Assembly (NCBI GenBank): GCA_030295235.1
Contig: AP026145.1
Location: forward strand, 620,001-684,000
Length of the DNA: 64,000 bases
Direction of reading: 5' to 3'
DNA from: Fistulifera solaris
Lineage: Eukaryota
Part shown: positions 11,231-22,662 of the stretch, piece by piece
Layout: every line of letters begins with the position of its first letter
Position numbering within the stretch: position 1 is the first letter of the stretch
Position numbers and translations under genes: made by a program
The notes under the pieces: generated by a model
What the model saw: the letters and a program-made list of their open reading frames with translations, nothing else
Told to the model about the DNA's origin: nothing
The model's database searches: none

Positions 11231-12268
11231 TCATTTCTTGTTCTTGACACACCGCGCATCCCCCGCGGCTTCGCATTTGTCGCGTTCAACCCAACATTTC
11301 GCGTACGGATCTTCGCAATCGGGGGACAAGGCTTGTGCGAGACGTTGTACCAACGGACTCATGTTCGTGGGATCCGGCCCATCTCCCGCACTCCAAAACG
11401 AGGGACACGGCCAAATGGTCAAGTTTTTCGTGCATTGCAATTCTTCCAACAAGACTTGATCGAGGACTTTCAAGACATTGAAACGCGACAGCGATTGCAC
11501 ATGTGTGAGTATTTGCGTCCCGTCGGCTGCATGCAATTGATACAAGGCGTCGGGATCGTCGTCGTTGTTATTATTGGGTTCCAGTGGCTTCTCGTCGGGA
11601 AACAAGAAGGATTGCAGTACACTGGATATTTCTTCGTCTTCGGTCGCGGCGACGGACAACAGAGCCGTATGCGCCGCCAAATGCGAAAGACGACAGTGAA
11701 ATCGCAGTATTTGTCGCAATCCGGCTTTCAAGTCCGACAAGGTAATGATGGCGTGGGTTTCTCCTTTTTGAAGTAAAGACTGCAAGGCATCGGTGACTTC
11801 CAACAGTAAGGGTTGTGGAATGAAACGAATGACTTGCGTCAATCCGTGCGTCTTGCCATATCCGTACGGCGGGACGTGGGTCCGGAAGATCAATTCGAGA
11901 TCGTCGTCGTGAGACTGTGTGATCGCTTGGAGGCGTTCTTTCGCCACTAAATCACCGGGTGGAGCAATGACCGCGACGCGGCGTTTACTACTACCAGGAA
12001 GTATGAATTGTTTGCATTTGGGATTTGGCGGCAAACATTGTTGTATGGTAGCACGAAAGGCATCTTCATGTTCCAATTCCGTGATTTCGGCATACGAAGA
12101 GGGACCGGGGAGTTGGGGTAGCACCATCGTATCGTGATGTTGATCGAGCATCGATCGGGTCGGTCCGAAAATGAGAAACAACGTCGATGCGAGCAAGAGT
12201 ATGAGAAGTCGTGTAATGATGACATCACCGGTGATTGTTGACTTATTCTTTCTTATCTTGTTTGACAT
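11231..12268 (-). CDS. Hypothetical type II membrane protein (Cys-containing luminal domain)
   Basis: 345-aa intact ORF: basic N-terminus, one TM (LLILLLASTLFLIF), conserved-looking 'THVPPYGYGKTHG'. Confidence 0.7.
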   Translation of the reverse strand: MSNKIRKNKSTITGDVIITRLLILLLASTLFLIFGPTRSMLDQHHDTMVLPQLPGPSSYAEITELEHEDAFRATIQQCLPPNPKCKQFILPGSSKRRVAVIAPPGDLVAKERLQAITQSHDDDLELIFRTHVPPYGYGKTHGLTQVIRFIPQPLLLEVTDALQSLLQKGETHAIITLSDLKAGLRQILRFHCRLSHLAAHTALLSVAATEDEEISSVLQSFLFPDEKPLEPNNNNDDDPDALYQLHAADGTQILTHVQSLSRFNVLKVLDQVLLEELQCTKNLTIWPCPSFWSAGDGPDPTNMSPLVQRLAQALSPDCEDPYAKCWVERDKCEAAGDARCVKNKK

Positions 12269-12432
12269 ATTCTAATGATCATAATGAAATGTATTGCATG
12301 CTTAACTTTTATTGCAAACGGCAAAGCCTTTTTTTGCTTTGAAATAAAATTTTCGTCGTTGTCGCATTTTCAAATTCTACAATACTCCGTACTGGTACTT
12401 CACTAAGGTTAGCGTATAATCCGACTTTCACC

Positions 12433-12697
12433 TCATGACTGAAATGCAGTCGTGGATAAGTGGACCTCACACTTTGGATTATAGGAATAACGGAAGTCGT
12501 GGATTTGCAAACCATTCTTTCAACATCATGAACTGCCTCTTGCTTTACAAAGGCTCGTTTTTCATAGGTGTGTTGCAATGAAAACTTAATTACCAGGACA
12601 ACGAGCGGGGCTTGAATAGCAATCTCGCTTTGAAAATATTGATTCATGACTGAAATGCAGTCGTGAAAAAGGTCGTCTTCAATTTGAGTCTATAGTA
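12433..12697 (+). repeat. Dispersed hairpin element, doublet (copies at 12433 and 12644)
   Basis: tcatgactgaaatgcagtcgtg twice, 211 bp apart; second copy ends tttgagtctatagta. Confidence 0.85.
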
Positions 12698-12850
12698 CTG
12701 GATACCGCTGCGAGGAAAATTTTTGCGATGATGTACCTGGTACTGGTACGTGTTATTTTTATCCGTTTGCCCTAAGTTATTGACCATGATGGCGGAGAAT
12801 CTCCTCTGCAATCGAGGCAGCTTCCATAATCAGCAAAAAGTATACTCCTT

Positions 12851-14065
12851 ATGATGTTATTCGCACTACGTCCTTCAGCTCCACACCGCACAATCCTCGT
12901 GATGATGGCACTCTTTCGCACTTCCTTTCGTGCCTTGGCGACTACCGATTCTTCATCTTACCGATTGCGACAAGTCCAGATCATTCATCGTCATGGAGAT
13001 CGTACACCCATTACTCCTCTCAAAGATGAAGCCTATTGGTCGCAATTGTTGATACCACCGAATATTTTGCAGAAAATTGCGCAAGGCACTACCGTTCAAA
13101 GAGAGAAAATCACAACCCATGTCGCGGGTGGACGGGGTCCCTTTGGTCAATTGACGTCACTGGGATTGTTGCAAATGGTACAAGTCGGAACCACCTTGCG
13201 AGAACGTTTTGAAGAGTTACTGACGTCCGACAATATACGGGTCTTTTCGACGGATTTTCCACGCACGATACAGTCGGTACAAGGATTGTTGTCGGGTCTC
13301 TTCCCCGATGGTTTGACTGCAAATATCACCATCGATGTTCGACCGTCTTCCTGGATGATTCCCGATCCCATGCCACGGTTTACGAAGGAACAAGAAATGC
13401 TCGAACAACAATTGGCTCAAACACCTCTAGTACTGGAACGCGAAACCACCTTGCGACCCTTGGCACTGCGGGTCACGCACGCCTTGCACGAGTTTCTCGC
13501 GGACGACGCGCACGATGCCGCCTTTGGTGTCGAAGGAGAACATCCGGGTGAGGCATCCATTGAAATACAACCCTTGGCGTGGGTGCAATTGGCGGAAATT
13601 ACCAAATGTTTGGCCGTGCGCAACTTGTTGCCCTCTTCAATTACCCCGCAAGATCAAGAACAGATTGCCGCGCATGCGGCCTGGCGGTGGTTTCAAACGC
13701 TCAGTCATCCCCGCATGGCGTATTTGGGCATGCATCGTTTGGTGCAGCAGCAATTGCAGTTCCTGACTACGTGCGATGCAACGCCCATGATTGTGTGGAG
13801 TGGTCATGATTCCAGTCTCATTGGTTTGTTGTGTGCGTATCGATTGGAACGACCTTCGTCGTGGCCGGAATACGCGAGTTTTCTTTGTCTGGAATTGTTG
13901 GAAACCACGACGGGCGAACAATATGTTCGTTTTTCGCTCAATGGAGAAGTTCTTCAATCACATTGGGAAGATGATGATGAACCGTGGGACATGATTCCAT
14001 TGGAAGTGCTGCAACAAAAGGTATCAACCATGGGTTCCCAATCCGAATCAATAACGACCAAATAA
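12851..14065 (+). CDS. Histidine acid phosphatase (branch 2, ACP6/lysosomal-like)
   Basis: RHGDRTP catalytic motif, GQLT..G..Q, STDFPRTIQS, SGHDSS, WPEYAS. Confidence 0.9.
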   Translation: MMLFALRPSAPHRTILVMMALFRTSFRALATTDSSSYRLRQVQIIHRHGDRTPITPLKDEAYWSQLLIPPNILQKIAQGTTVQREKITTHVAGGRGPFGQLTSLGLLQMVQVGTTLRERFEELLTSDNIRVFSTDFPRTIQSVQGLLSGLFPDGLTANITIDVRPSSWMIPDPMPRFTKEQEMLEQQLAQTPLVLERETTLRPLALRVTHALHEFLADDAHDAAFGVEGEHPGEASIEIQPLAWVQLAEITKCLAVRNLLPSSITPQDQEQIAAHAAWRWFQTLSHPRMAYLGMHRLVQQQLQFLTTCDATPMIVWSGHDSSLIGLLCAYRLERPSSWPEYASFLCLELLETTTGEQYVRFSLNGEVLQSHWEDDDEPWDMIPLEVLQQKVSTMGSQSESITTK

Positions 14066-14113
14066 AGAAAAAATGAGCAATTTTTTGTTATTAGGTCGTT
14101 TCTAGCGAAATTA

Positions 14114-16276
14114 TTATTTCTTTTTCAATGTATTATTGCGAACCCGTTCCAGTAGACCGTCCTCCGCCGTTTGATCGTTCTCGATCATTCCGGCCAGAGC
14201 CATCAAATCGTCTGCCACTTCAGAAGTGATCTTTCGCTCCTTCACTAGCAGGCGTAAAATGGGTCCTCGGAGTAAAGAGCCACTGACCACCATATTTTTA
14301 GCATGCTGATACCCCAGCATGATGGCCCAATCCAACACCAACGCCGGATCCGCTTCCGATTGGAGGCGTTGCAAAAGCAGATCGCGTCGAGCATTGAGAA
14401 ACTTCTTTTCGGTCTTCTTGTCCAAAACCTTGTATGGTAAACCAACGAGTGGTAAACAATTTTCTTGCAAGTGCTCTCGTAATGCCTCTATATCATCCAA
14501 TGGACCATGACAAAGCTCCCATAAACGAGCTACTGCCACTCCCGTGGTTCCGGGTAATATCCGACGGAATGCCACCAATGGGTCTTTCGTTTTATCGTAG
14601 GATATCGTAATGGGATCATATTGACGCAAAGCGATATCAACTGGATGAGAATAGGGGTCCGAGCGCGACTCGAAGGAAAACGATTCCTCGCTAACATTGT
14701 TTCGAAACAAGCAATACTGTGTCATGCGCCATGCCAAATCGGCACCTGGGCCTTGCAGCAATTGCTGTCGCAAAATCAATAAATCGGTATCATCCATACC
14801 GCCAGAGTCCTGTGCATATTGTAAAAAGTGTTGGGAAAGCTGAAATACATAACAAGCATACGCGAAACATTCCGTGCGTTCGAATTGCAGTGGATCGTAG
14901 TCACTGGATGTTGGTATGGTCACCCTTTGGGATCTCATGCGCTGGAGTTCGGCACGAATGGCGTTTTGACAGTCTTGGGCGTGTTCATCACTGGAAAGGA
15001 ATGCCAAGGTCGTTAGTTCTGTCAAAGTAGCGTCCTCCTCCTCAACGTCGTCACAATACTGTGCACGGATCCGTTGGACGACTCGTTCGACCGGAACAGT
15101 ACCGTACTCTAGGTTATCGATACTTGGCTTCTTTTTCGTTGACTGCTTTCGATCGAGAGAAGAATCGAGAATGGCGGACACTCCTCCCTTTGCGTCGGCC
15201 AGCTCGCGGGCTCGTTCACGGGCATATTCTTGCACCAGTAATGGCATGATGGTTGCTTGAAACGTAGCAATCATTGGTTGAGAAAAGAACCAACCACTTG
15301 GATCGTTCCACACAAAGAAACCACCTTTTGGCAGAACCTGTTGCAACAACAATCGTCCGTCTTCTACCGGAAGATTGGCGGGAATCCAAGGATGCAAGTC
15401 TAAAACATCCGCTTCTTGTAATGCTGCTTCCAAAGGATCACAGATAAGAGTCCGGTTGATGACAGCATGAGTCAATGTCAAAATCAATTCCTGATAAGGC
15501 GACAACCATTCCTTGATTTGATAGATGGAATGGAGAGTATCTGTGACGACACCTACAGTTTGAAAAAGCTCCGTCACAGCTTGTTGTTGCTGTTGTCGAT
15601 ACGCCTGGGGAATGTAGGTATCGCCTAGCAAGTTTCCGGATGTGGTTTGTCGCACGATGGGTATCACCCACGACAATTCCCATTGTTGTGCCGCACAAAT
15701 CTCGGCCAACGAAATCGGTGTCGACAAAGAATCCAGATATGTCGTTACTTGTTGTTGTAGTTCCGTCAAGTACGATTGACTAACGAGCACCGGAGCCCCA
15801 TTGTCGAGCGTCCGCAATTCGAGATCCGGGGGCACATGCGGACGAATCAATTGTAGTGTCGAATCCAAAGGCAATTGCCACATCGATTTCGCAATTTGCG
15901 TCAAAGGCAAAGGTGCTGTTCGTGCATTTTCCCACACTTGTCGTAAGGCAGCTTGTAAATATACTTTCGTCCAAAGTTGGGCCGCCGGATAATGTCCGAC
16001 GATGAACCACGGTGCATCCTCGGTCGCGAGCGGTTCCACCATCTCCCACGAAACACCCAACTTTTGCTGCACGATTGTCCACGGCAGCATGCAGCTTCCT
16101 CCTTCTTCCCGTAACACGTCGGTAATGGCCTGTTGCAGGACGTGTGGCCATATGTAATTATTGTTGCGCAATCGGAGGGGACGGTCGTCGTGAAAAGAGT
16201 TGCGTTGCAGTAACAATTCCATCAGCGCCATCGCTCCTTCTTCGGTGATGGTAATAGGCGCATTCAAGGGATCCAT
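14114..16276 (-). CDS. E3 UFM1-protein ligase 1 (UFL1)-like protein
   Basis: 720-aa intact ORF; N-terminal 'ITEEGAMALMELL...YIWP..LQQAI..V....GG' and C-terminal 'KVLDKKTEKKFL...L..L..E.DPALVL' follow the UFL1 layout. Confidence 0.6.
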   Translation of the reverse strand: MDPLNAPITITEEGAMALMELLLQRNSFHDDRPLRLRNNNYIWPHVLQQAITDVLREEGGSCMLPWTIVQQKLGVSWEMVEPLATEDAPWFIVGHYPAAQLWTKVYLQAALRQVWENARTAPLPLTQIAKSMWQLPLDSTLQLIRPHVPPDLELRTLDNGAPVLVSQSYLTELQQQVTTYLDSLSTPISLAEICAAQQWELSWVIPIVRQTTSGNLLGDTYIPQAYRQQQQQAVTELFQTVGVVTDTLHSIYQIKEWLSPYQELILTLTHAVINRTLICDPLEAALQEADVLDLHPWIPANLPVEDGRLLLQQVLPKGGFFVWNDPSGWFFSQPMIATFQATIMPLLVQEYARERARELADAKGGVSAILDSSLDRKQSTKKKPSIDNLEYGTVPVERVVQRIRAQYCDDVEEEDATLTELTTLAFLSSDEHAQDCQNAIRAELQRMRSQRVTIPTSSDYDPLQFERTECFAYACYVFQLSQHFLQYAQDSGGMDDTDLLILRQQLLQGPGADLAWRMTQYCLFRNNVSEESFSFESRSDPYSHPVDIALRQYDPITISYDKTKDPLVAFRRILPGTTGVAVARLWELCHGPLDDIEALREHLQENCLPLVGLPYKVLDKKTEKKFLNARRDLLLQRLQSEADPALVLDWAIMLGYQHAKNMVVSGSLLRGPILRLLVKERKITSEVADDLMALAGMIENDQTAEDGLLERVRNNTLKKK

Positions 16277-16394
16277 GTTGCAGCATTAAAAAGTAATAAA
16301 TTTGTAGAGTAAAAAGAAAGATATTGAAACTCCTTCACATAATAAACATACTGTTCGTTGCGATGATTGTGAGGTTTTTGCTATTAACCACCGT

Positions 16395-17760
16395 TTCCAG
16401 AGTTTCTGGAACTTGCACACCTTGGTGCACAGCAGCGCATTTTGGGAGGATCGAAAAAACTGGTCCAGAATTTCTGGACCAATACAGAATTTCTGTATGA
16501 TCAGACACAAGACACAACTCTTCCAGAATTTCTGGAACGTGCAATTTCTATCGTTATGATCAAAACGCGCAGTTTCTTTCGTGATGATCCATAAGACCCG
16601 TGCTCAGGATTTCTGGAACGTGCAAAGCATTTTTTAAGAGGATCGGAAAAACTGGTCCAAAATTTCTGGACCAATACAATAAAATAAAAATTTTAGAATT
16701 TCTGTATGATCAGACACAACACACAACTCTTCCAGAATTTCTGGAATTGGCACGTTCTTTCGTTATCATTCAAAAATGGTTTCCAGGATTTCTGAAAGGC
16801 GCACTGTTTTTCGTTACGATTCGAAATTCCATACCCAGAAGTTCCGGAGCGTGAACCGCATTTTGCTGGACAGAATTTCTGTATGATTTGACTTAACATT
16901 TCCAGAATTTCTGGAATTGGCACGTTCTTTCGTTATCATTCAAAACATGGTTTCCAGGATATCTGGAAGGCGCACTGTTTTTCGTTACGATTCGAAACAC
17001 AATGCCAAGAAGTTCTGGAGCGTGAACAGCATTTGGGTGGGATCGAAAAAACTGGTCCGGAAATTCTGGACCACGACAGAATTTCTGTATGATCAGAAAT
17101 AACATTTCCAGAATTTCTGGAATTGGCACGTTCCTTCGTTATCATTCAAAACATGGTTTCCAGGATTTCTGGAAGGCGCACTGTTTTTCGTTACGATTCG
17201 AAACATCATGCCCAGAAGTTCTGGATCGTGAACAGCTTTTGGGTGGGATCGAAAACTGTTCCAGAATTTCTGGATCAAGACAGAATTTCTGTATGATTCC
17301 AGATTTTCTGGAATCGGCACGTTCCTTCGTTATCATTCAAAACATGGTTTCCAGGATTTCTGGAAGGCGCACTGTTTTTCGTTACGATTCGAAACATCAT
17401 GCCCAGAAGTTCTGGATCGTGAACAGCATTTTGGTGGGATCGAAAAAACTGGTCCAGAATTTCTGGACCACGACAGAATTTCTGTTTAATCAGAAACAAC
17501 TTGTCAAGATTTTCTGGAATCGGCACTTTCTTTCGTTATAAGTAAAAGACGGTCCTCTGAATTTTTGGACCGCATACTTTCGTTCGTTATGATTCAAAAC
17601 ACATTGTCCAGAAGTTCTGGAGCGTGAACAGCATTTTGGTGAGATCGAAAAACTGGTCCAGAATTTCTGGACCACGACAGAATTTCTGTTTGATCAGAAA
17701 TAACATCTCAAGATTTTCTGGAACGGGCACTTTCTTTCGTTACGATCAAAAGACTTTTAG
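16395..17760. repeat. Higher-order tandem repeat: ~7 units of ~190-206 bp, each four ~51-bp monomers headed by a palindrome
   Basis: Marker gatcg(a)aaaactg(g)tcc at ~16449, 16641, 17041, 17247, 17438, 17643; (t)ccagaatttctgg(a) variants recur about every 51 bp. Confidence 0.95.
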
Positions 17761-18162
17761 AGTTTTTAGAACGCGGGTTTTCATGATGATCAATGATCCA
17801 AAGATCGGTAGTTGCAACAAAAGGCTTCCAGAACAAAAATTCGCTGACTTATGTGTAAAAGCGGCTATGGTGACGACTCGACGACTCGACGTCTTCTCAA
17901 CTCAACTGAACTAATTTGTTAGCTATTATTATCTCCAAGCTGAAATTATTTGCCCTTTCACTATCTTCAATTATTGAAAGGAGGATGATACAACGCCCTT
18001 GTTCGTTTACCGTAGCAGGAGTGCTGCTGGTGGTGCTTTTCACTCAAACGTAAAATGTTTTACAGTGTCCAAGACAAGTTCGAGGTCAATCGGAAGTACA
18101 AAAGATTGCATAGACTCGAGTTTCGTAGACCAACGAAAGTAGCACAGCAAGTAGTAGAGGGT

Positions 18163-19029
18163 TTATTCGTTTCGTCGCATGGGATCGTTCATCGGATTCG
18201 CGTACTGCCGTATGCCATGTCCTCCATCCACATCCAACACGACTCCGGTACAAAATGGCGCCGTCAAAAGATAATAAATTGCTTCGCCCATATCACTCGG
18301 CTGTCCCACTTTTTGAAGTGGCAAGGATGAAGCCGTATGTTCCAACATGGCGTGTTTTCGTGAAGGATCCATATGATCGAATCGTTCGGTATCACAAAAT
18401 CCCGGACTCAAACAATTGACGCGCAATCGGGGAGCCCATTCCAACGCCAATGTCCGGGTCAAGCCCTCCAAGGCCCCATTCGCCATGGCGAGTGGCGCAC
18501 AATTCACTCCGGGACGTCGATTCAAAATACCCGCACACAAGACGACGGCGCCGTCGTCGCACAAGTGTGGACTCCAATGTTTGGCACAATGATACGCGCC
18601 CCATAATTTACTATCCAGCAACGTCCGGGCGTGGTTGGTTTCGAGTGTCAACACGGGTTCGTGGGGAGCCCTACCGGCGGCGGTAATGACCAGTCCGTCC
18701 CAATCCAGCGGCGGCAAAGTGAACGCTTGGACTTGGGATTCGTCGGTAATATCCATGGCGGCAATCGACGTTCGTTCCGGACACGCTAGTTGGTCGCGGG
18801 CTCGTTCTAATTTGCTGACGGAACGACTGACCAAGAGGACGTGACCGCCGTGCTGTAAGACTTGCCGGGCGGCCGCCAAGCCCATGCCGGAGGAGCCACC
18901 GACGATTATGACATTTTTGGGGCGTTCCTGAGCGTGAGCTATTGCGAATAAAGCAATAGAAGTGACTAACAAGAGTGTGACTTTTATGAAGCGAAAGGAA
19001 GATAACATTGCTGGTGTAAGAACTGTCAT
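18163..19029 (-). CDS. Short-chain dehydrogenase/reductase (SDR)
   Basis: GGSSGMG Rossmann motif, ITAAG, RVNCLSPG, GVVLDVDGG; hydrophobic N-terminal leader; start Met uncertain. Confidence 0.9.
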   Translation of the reverse strand: MTVLTPAMLSSFRFIKVTLLLVTSIALFAIAHAQERPKNVIIVGGSSGMGLAAARQVLQHGGHVLLVSRSVSKLERARDQLACPERTSIAAMDITDESQVQAFTLPPLDWDGLVITAAGRAPHEPVLTLETNHARTLLDSKLWGAYHCAKHWSPHLCDDGAVVLCAGILNRRPGVNCAPLAMANGALEGLTRTLALEWAPRLRVNCLSPGFCDTERFDHMDPSRKHAMLEHTASSLPLQKVGQPSDMGEAIYYLLTAPFCTGVVLDVDGGHGIRQYANPMNDPMRRNE

Positions 19030-19105
19030 GATGGAAATAGATGCCGATGAATGAAGAAAAATGAATGGCAAAAATAGTGAGGTGCACTTGATTTATCCAT
19101 TGGTT

Positions 19106-19127
19106 CACGAGAGAATTTCAGTCATGA
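19106..19127 (-). repeat. Dispersed hairpin element (degenerate copy)
   Basis: Reverse complement reads tcatgactgaaattctctcgtg, just upstream of the SDR gene. Confidence 0.6.
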
Positions 19128-19589
19128 GCTGAACTATTGCGTAAAATGTAGTTGAATTTTTTTGCCCCGAGAAAGGATTCCGGATTCCGTTCAGTCCTGT
19201 GGAGGACGATGAAGATTAATTTTTATTTCGTCCATCTGGGATTTTTGGGCGAACCTGCCATGATGAGAATCGAGCAATAATGCTATCAAATCAATCATGA
19301 CGATGTTTATCGATGTTATTACATCAGTTTAAGGAAAAGAAAAGTTGAATGACAATGAAGAGGATCTGGGGTCGCAAAATTGGGTTCTTGGATCTCATTC
19401 CTCGTCGCGTCGTTTTCTTCAAGCGCCAAATTGTGAGACATCGCCAAAATTGGGTCTCAACGATGACCAACCGACGACAAATTGTTTTTCTCGAACAAGA
19501 GTCAAGCTCGAAAGTCATTCTTTCTTTTGTCACAAATTCTATTGGGGCGATTGTTGGTAGTCTGCTTTTTTGACTTGTTGCTTTGGAAA

Positions 19590-20198
19590 ATGAGAATACT
19601 GTTTCTACTAGCCGTAGCATCCCTTGCCTCTCCTACACGAGCTCGTGATGATGGATTATTTCGAGCAGCGTCTGTGACGGAAATTCAGAATCTGCATGGC
19701 AATTCCTGTCCTCAACGACTTGAGCAGTGTCAAGCAGCTTTGGTAGCAGCACACAACTTTGATGGGTCGGAAATTCCGTCGTTCGATTTCTTGCACACCA
19801 TGGCCCAGAATCCCGCCGTTTGGTCGCAAATACGAAAGTTGCGACACTTGGCCACCAATCTGGAACAATGGACACCGGATCGTCTCAATTTATCACTGCG
19901 AAAATTACTCCGTCTCGCTCATGCTTTGTCGCAATTTTTAGAGGAAAATTGGAATGTGTCTTTGTCGACACCGGTCCATGTCTTGGAACGCTTGGTGACG
20001 ACGCATCCCCCCGATGCATTCTTTGTCGCCACGTATCTGCATTCCTTTCTATTGGATGTCACCAAAACATTTTTGACGGCGGCACTCGTTCCGGATGCCG
20101 ATATAGAATGTGAACTACAAGCTTGGACGTGTCAGTATCAAGGCATGCTGGCCACCGTGCTACCACAGGGCGAGCAGACCGCCGAAGCCGCGATGTAA
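19590..20198 (+). CDS. Hypothetical secreted protein
   Basis: MRILFLLAVASLASPTRA signal peptide followed by ~185 aa of open frame. Confidence 0.6.
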   Translation: MRILFLLAVASLASPTRARDDGLFRAASVTEIQNLHGNSCPQRLEQCQAALVAAHNFDGSEIPSFDFLHTMAQNPAVWSQIRKLRHLATNLEQWTPDRLNLSLRKLLRLAHALSQFLEENWNVSLSTPVHVLERLVTTHPPDAFFVATYLHSFLLDVTKTFLTAALVPDADIECELQAWTCQYQGMLATVLPQGEQTAEAAM

Positions 20199-20271
20199 AC
20201 TGTAATAACAAGCATAAAACAAATCCAAGTTTCGGAGAAATCAAGCTCCAATTTTATAGGAATAATGTCAA

Positions 20272-22662
20272 TTAAGCTAAGTAGTTGTAGACACCCGTAT
20301 TCTCGGCGCTTCGTTCCAAGTACTCACGGTCAATCAACGCCTCAATACGCTTCTTCACGACACGAGGATTCGGGTTGAAAAAGGAGAGCTGTGCCAGAAC
20401 CTCCGATAAAAGTTGCTGGTGCTGCAGCGTCTTTCGCGCTTTCATGATACGAACAATTGCTGCCTCGATGGCGATGGTTCGATCTTCCTCCACTTTTTCG
20501 CACTGAACGACGAGTCCAAACTGGCCATGGGAATGCGCACCTTTCTCATGTTCGAAGTAAACTTGGCGTTGGCCGTGAAAGTATCTGTATTATTGATCTT
20601 GTTCCCGGCCGGAGTCTTGGTGATGACTTTGAATTTGCCGCACGAAAGCGAGTGAAGGGTCGGTTTCAACATGTCTCCCCTCCAAGTTTAAACGCTGCGC
20701 CAATTCTTCGTACCCGAGGGTGACGCCATCATTGAGCGCGTCCAAGACTACTGCCTGGAGAGTGACCACCATCAATTCGTACGTTTTCTTCCCAAATGTA
20801 CCTCGAACGGTCGCATTGCCCTGTGTCATAATCCATTGAAGCTTACGCTTCTGGTGTTTCTGATCGTGCCAGTCACGGAAAATGTTCATGCATCTTTGCA
20901 TTTGATCGGTCAACGTCACTTCCGGACTCTTGTACGAAGGCCAAAATCCCGTCGTCAACACGAGGACGCTGAAATCAAGAGGAATCTTCTCTTGGCGAAT
21001 TCGCTGTTCAAACTCCTGTCGCTGCTGACCACCCACAGCAAGGTCCGAGAGCATGCCTTCCATCTTGGAAGTGAACTGCGTTCCGCACTGCACTTTGAGT
21101 TTGGCAATCATGAGCTTTTCAGCATCCTCCGAGGAACGCGACGCCAGCAAACGTTTCGCCAACTGATTACGATAAATTTCGGCAAACATGTCCTTGTCGG
21201 TGAGATACGTAAACAGCTGTACAATTTTGTCCAAGGACTCTTCAATCTCGGCTTCACTCAGCTTTTCTCCTCCCGACTTGAGAATGCGGTCGCAGTAGGT
21301 TGACATGAGTTCGGCGTTTGTGAATTGACCCACGTTTGTATTCATGACTTCCACGAAAGCATTCTTCAACGCCTTTTGAAACAAAGAATGACCCGCAAAG
21401 TCGTTCTTGACCACAGCCAAATACTTGTCGTGCAAACCAATCAACGCTTTAATGAAGCTCGGGTCATCATTCTTATCCTTCTCACCATCCACGCGGGCCT
21501 GACGTCGCTGAACTTCTTCCATGCCCACTTCCGTGATAAACGTCTCGACGATGCTCGCAATGGGCACCAAACCGTTCTCCAGGCGCTGAAAAAGTCGGAA
21601 CATGCGATTCAAGTCCTCCGACTTGTCATTTTGCAACAAAGCCCGACAACCGGACGTTTCTTTTTCCAACAAGACCATTTCCACACGCTCCAAGATCTCT
21701 TCTTCCAAAACTTTCAAAATCTTACTTTCGGAACTGGAGTTGAGATACTCGGCCACGCGGTCACTTTCTTCCCGCAAAGCACCCTCCGCTTTGATCATAT
21801 AATCTGGAGTCGAGTCATTGATCCATTCCTCGCGTTTGCGTGCGTAATGCTCCCGCGTGCTTTCCAGCAAGGGCTGTTCCAAGTCGGCCGTGTACGCTTC
21901 GAGTGATCCCATACCCATGCTTTCGTACAATTCTACAATCGACTTGACCAAAGTCTTGTCAATAATCTTTCCTTCGCGCTCGTCATTGATGAGACTGAGG
22001 ATGGCTTGTGTCGTATCCGCTTTCATGACATCGTACACGTGCGAACGGAAACAGCGCAATCCCGCTTGTGACAAGGTCGGCAACGAATGGTGCTTCACGT
22101 AATAACGATCCAAGTACGTGAAGAATTTCTTCAACCATTTGTTCATAATCTGATGATTCTTCCAACGGTGTTGCAATTCAGTCAAAAGGATGTTGGGTCC
22201 CTGTCGTGGCTTGTCCTTGAGCGCCGGCAAGACGTAGTCGTTCAAATACTGCTCGATGGTTTCGCCGTGACGTTGATAGAGTTCCCGCGACCAATTGTAC
22301 GGAGATCGTTGCGTGCACATGTCGTAGCAAGTGCTGTCGGCAATCATAATAATGTTAGAATATGCTCTATCGTTCGGGTGCGCGATTGCAACGCTGTAGT
22401 GAGTAGACTTACGTGTAAATTTGAACATATTCCTTCGGTCCGAACAAGTTCGTCTGCCCCGTCTGCATGTCCTCATTAAGAATATTTTGGAGTTTATCCA
22501 GTGCCTGTCGAAAGGAAAGCGGATGAGATGCAGCGGAGATGAGACCCGTACGCAAGAGATCCTAGAACCGTTTCGCGATGCTTCGCCCGCAACAAAACTT
22601 ACCTTTGCCTTGATCTCCTCATTCCATCCCTCTTCCAACGGTATCACTTTTGCGTTCGCCAT
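20272..22662 (-). CDS. CUL1: Cullin-1
   Basis: CYDMCTQRSPYNWS, FFTYLDRYYV, LTDKDMFAEIYRNQLAKRLL, VLTTGFWP, AAIVRIMKARK...IEALIDREYLER; introns ~22505-22602 and ~22334-22412; frameshifts near 20678 and 20495. Confidence 0.95.

Noticed and set aside
16395..17760. CRISPR-like array (palindromic repeats with ~35-bp spacers)
   Set aside because: The 'spacers' themselves recur every fourth monomer, there are no cas genes, and the context is eukaryotic
16286..17914. Many short ORFs across the tandem array
   Set aside because: They are repeat-derived, interrupted by stops, and unit lengths do not preserve frame
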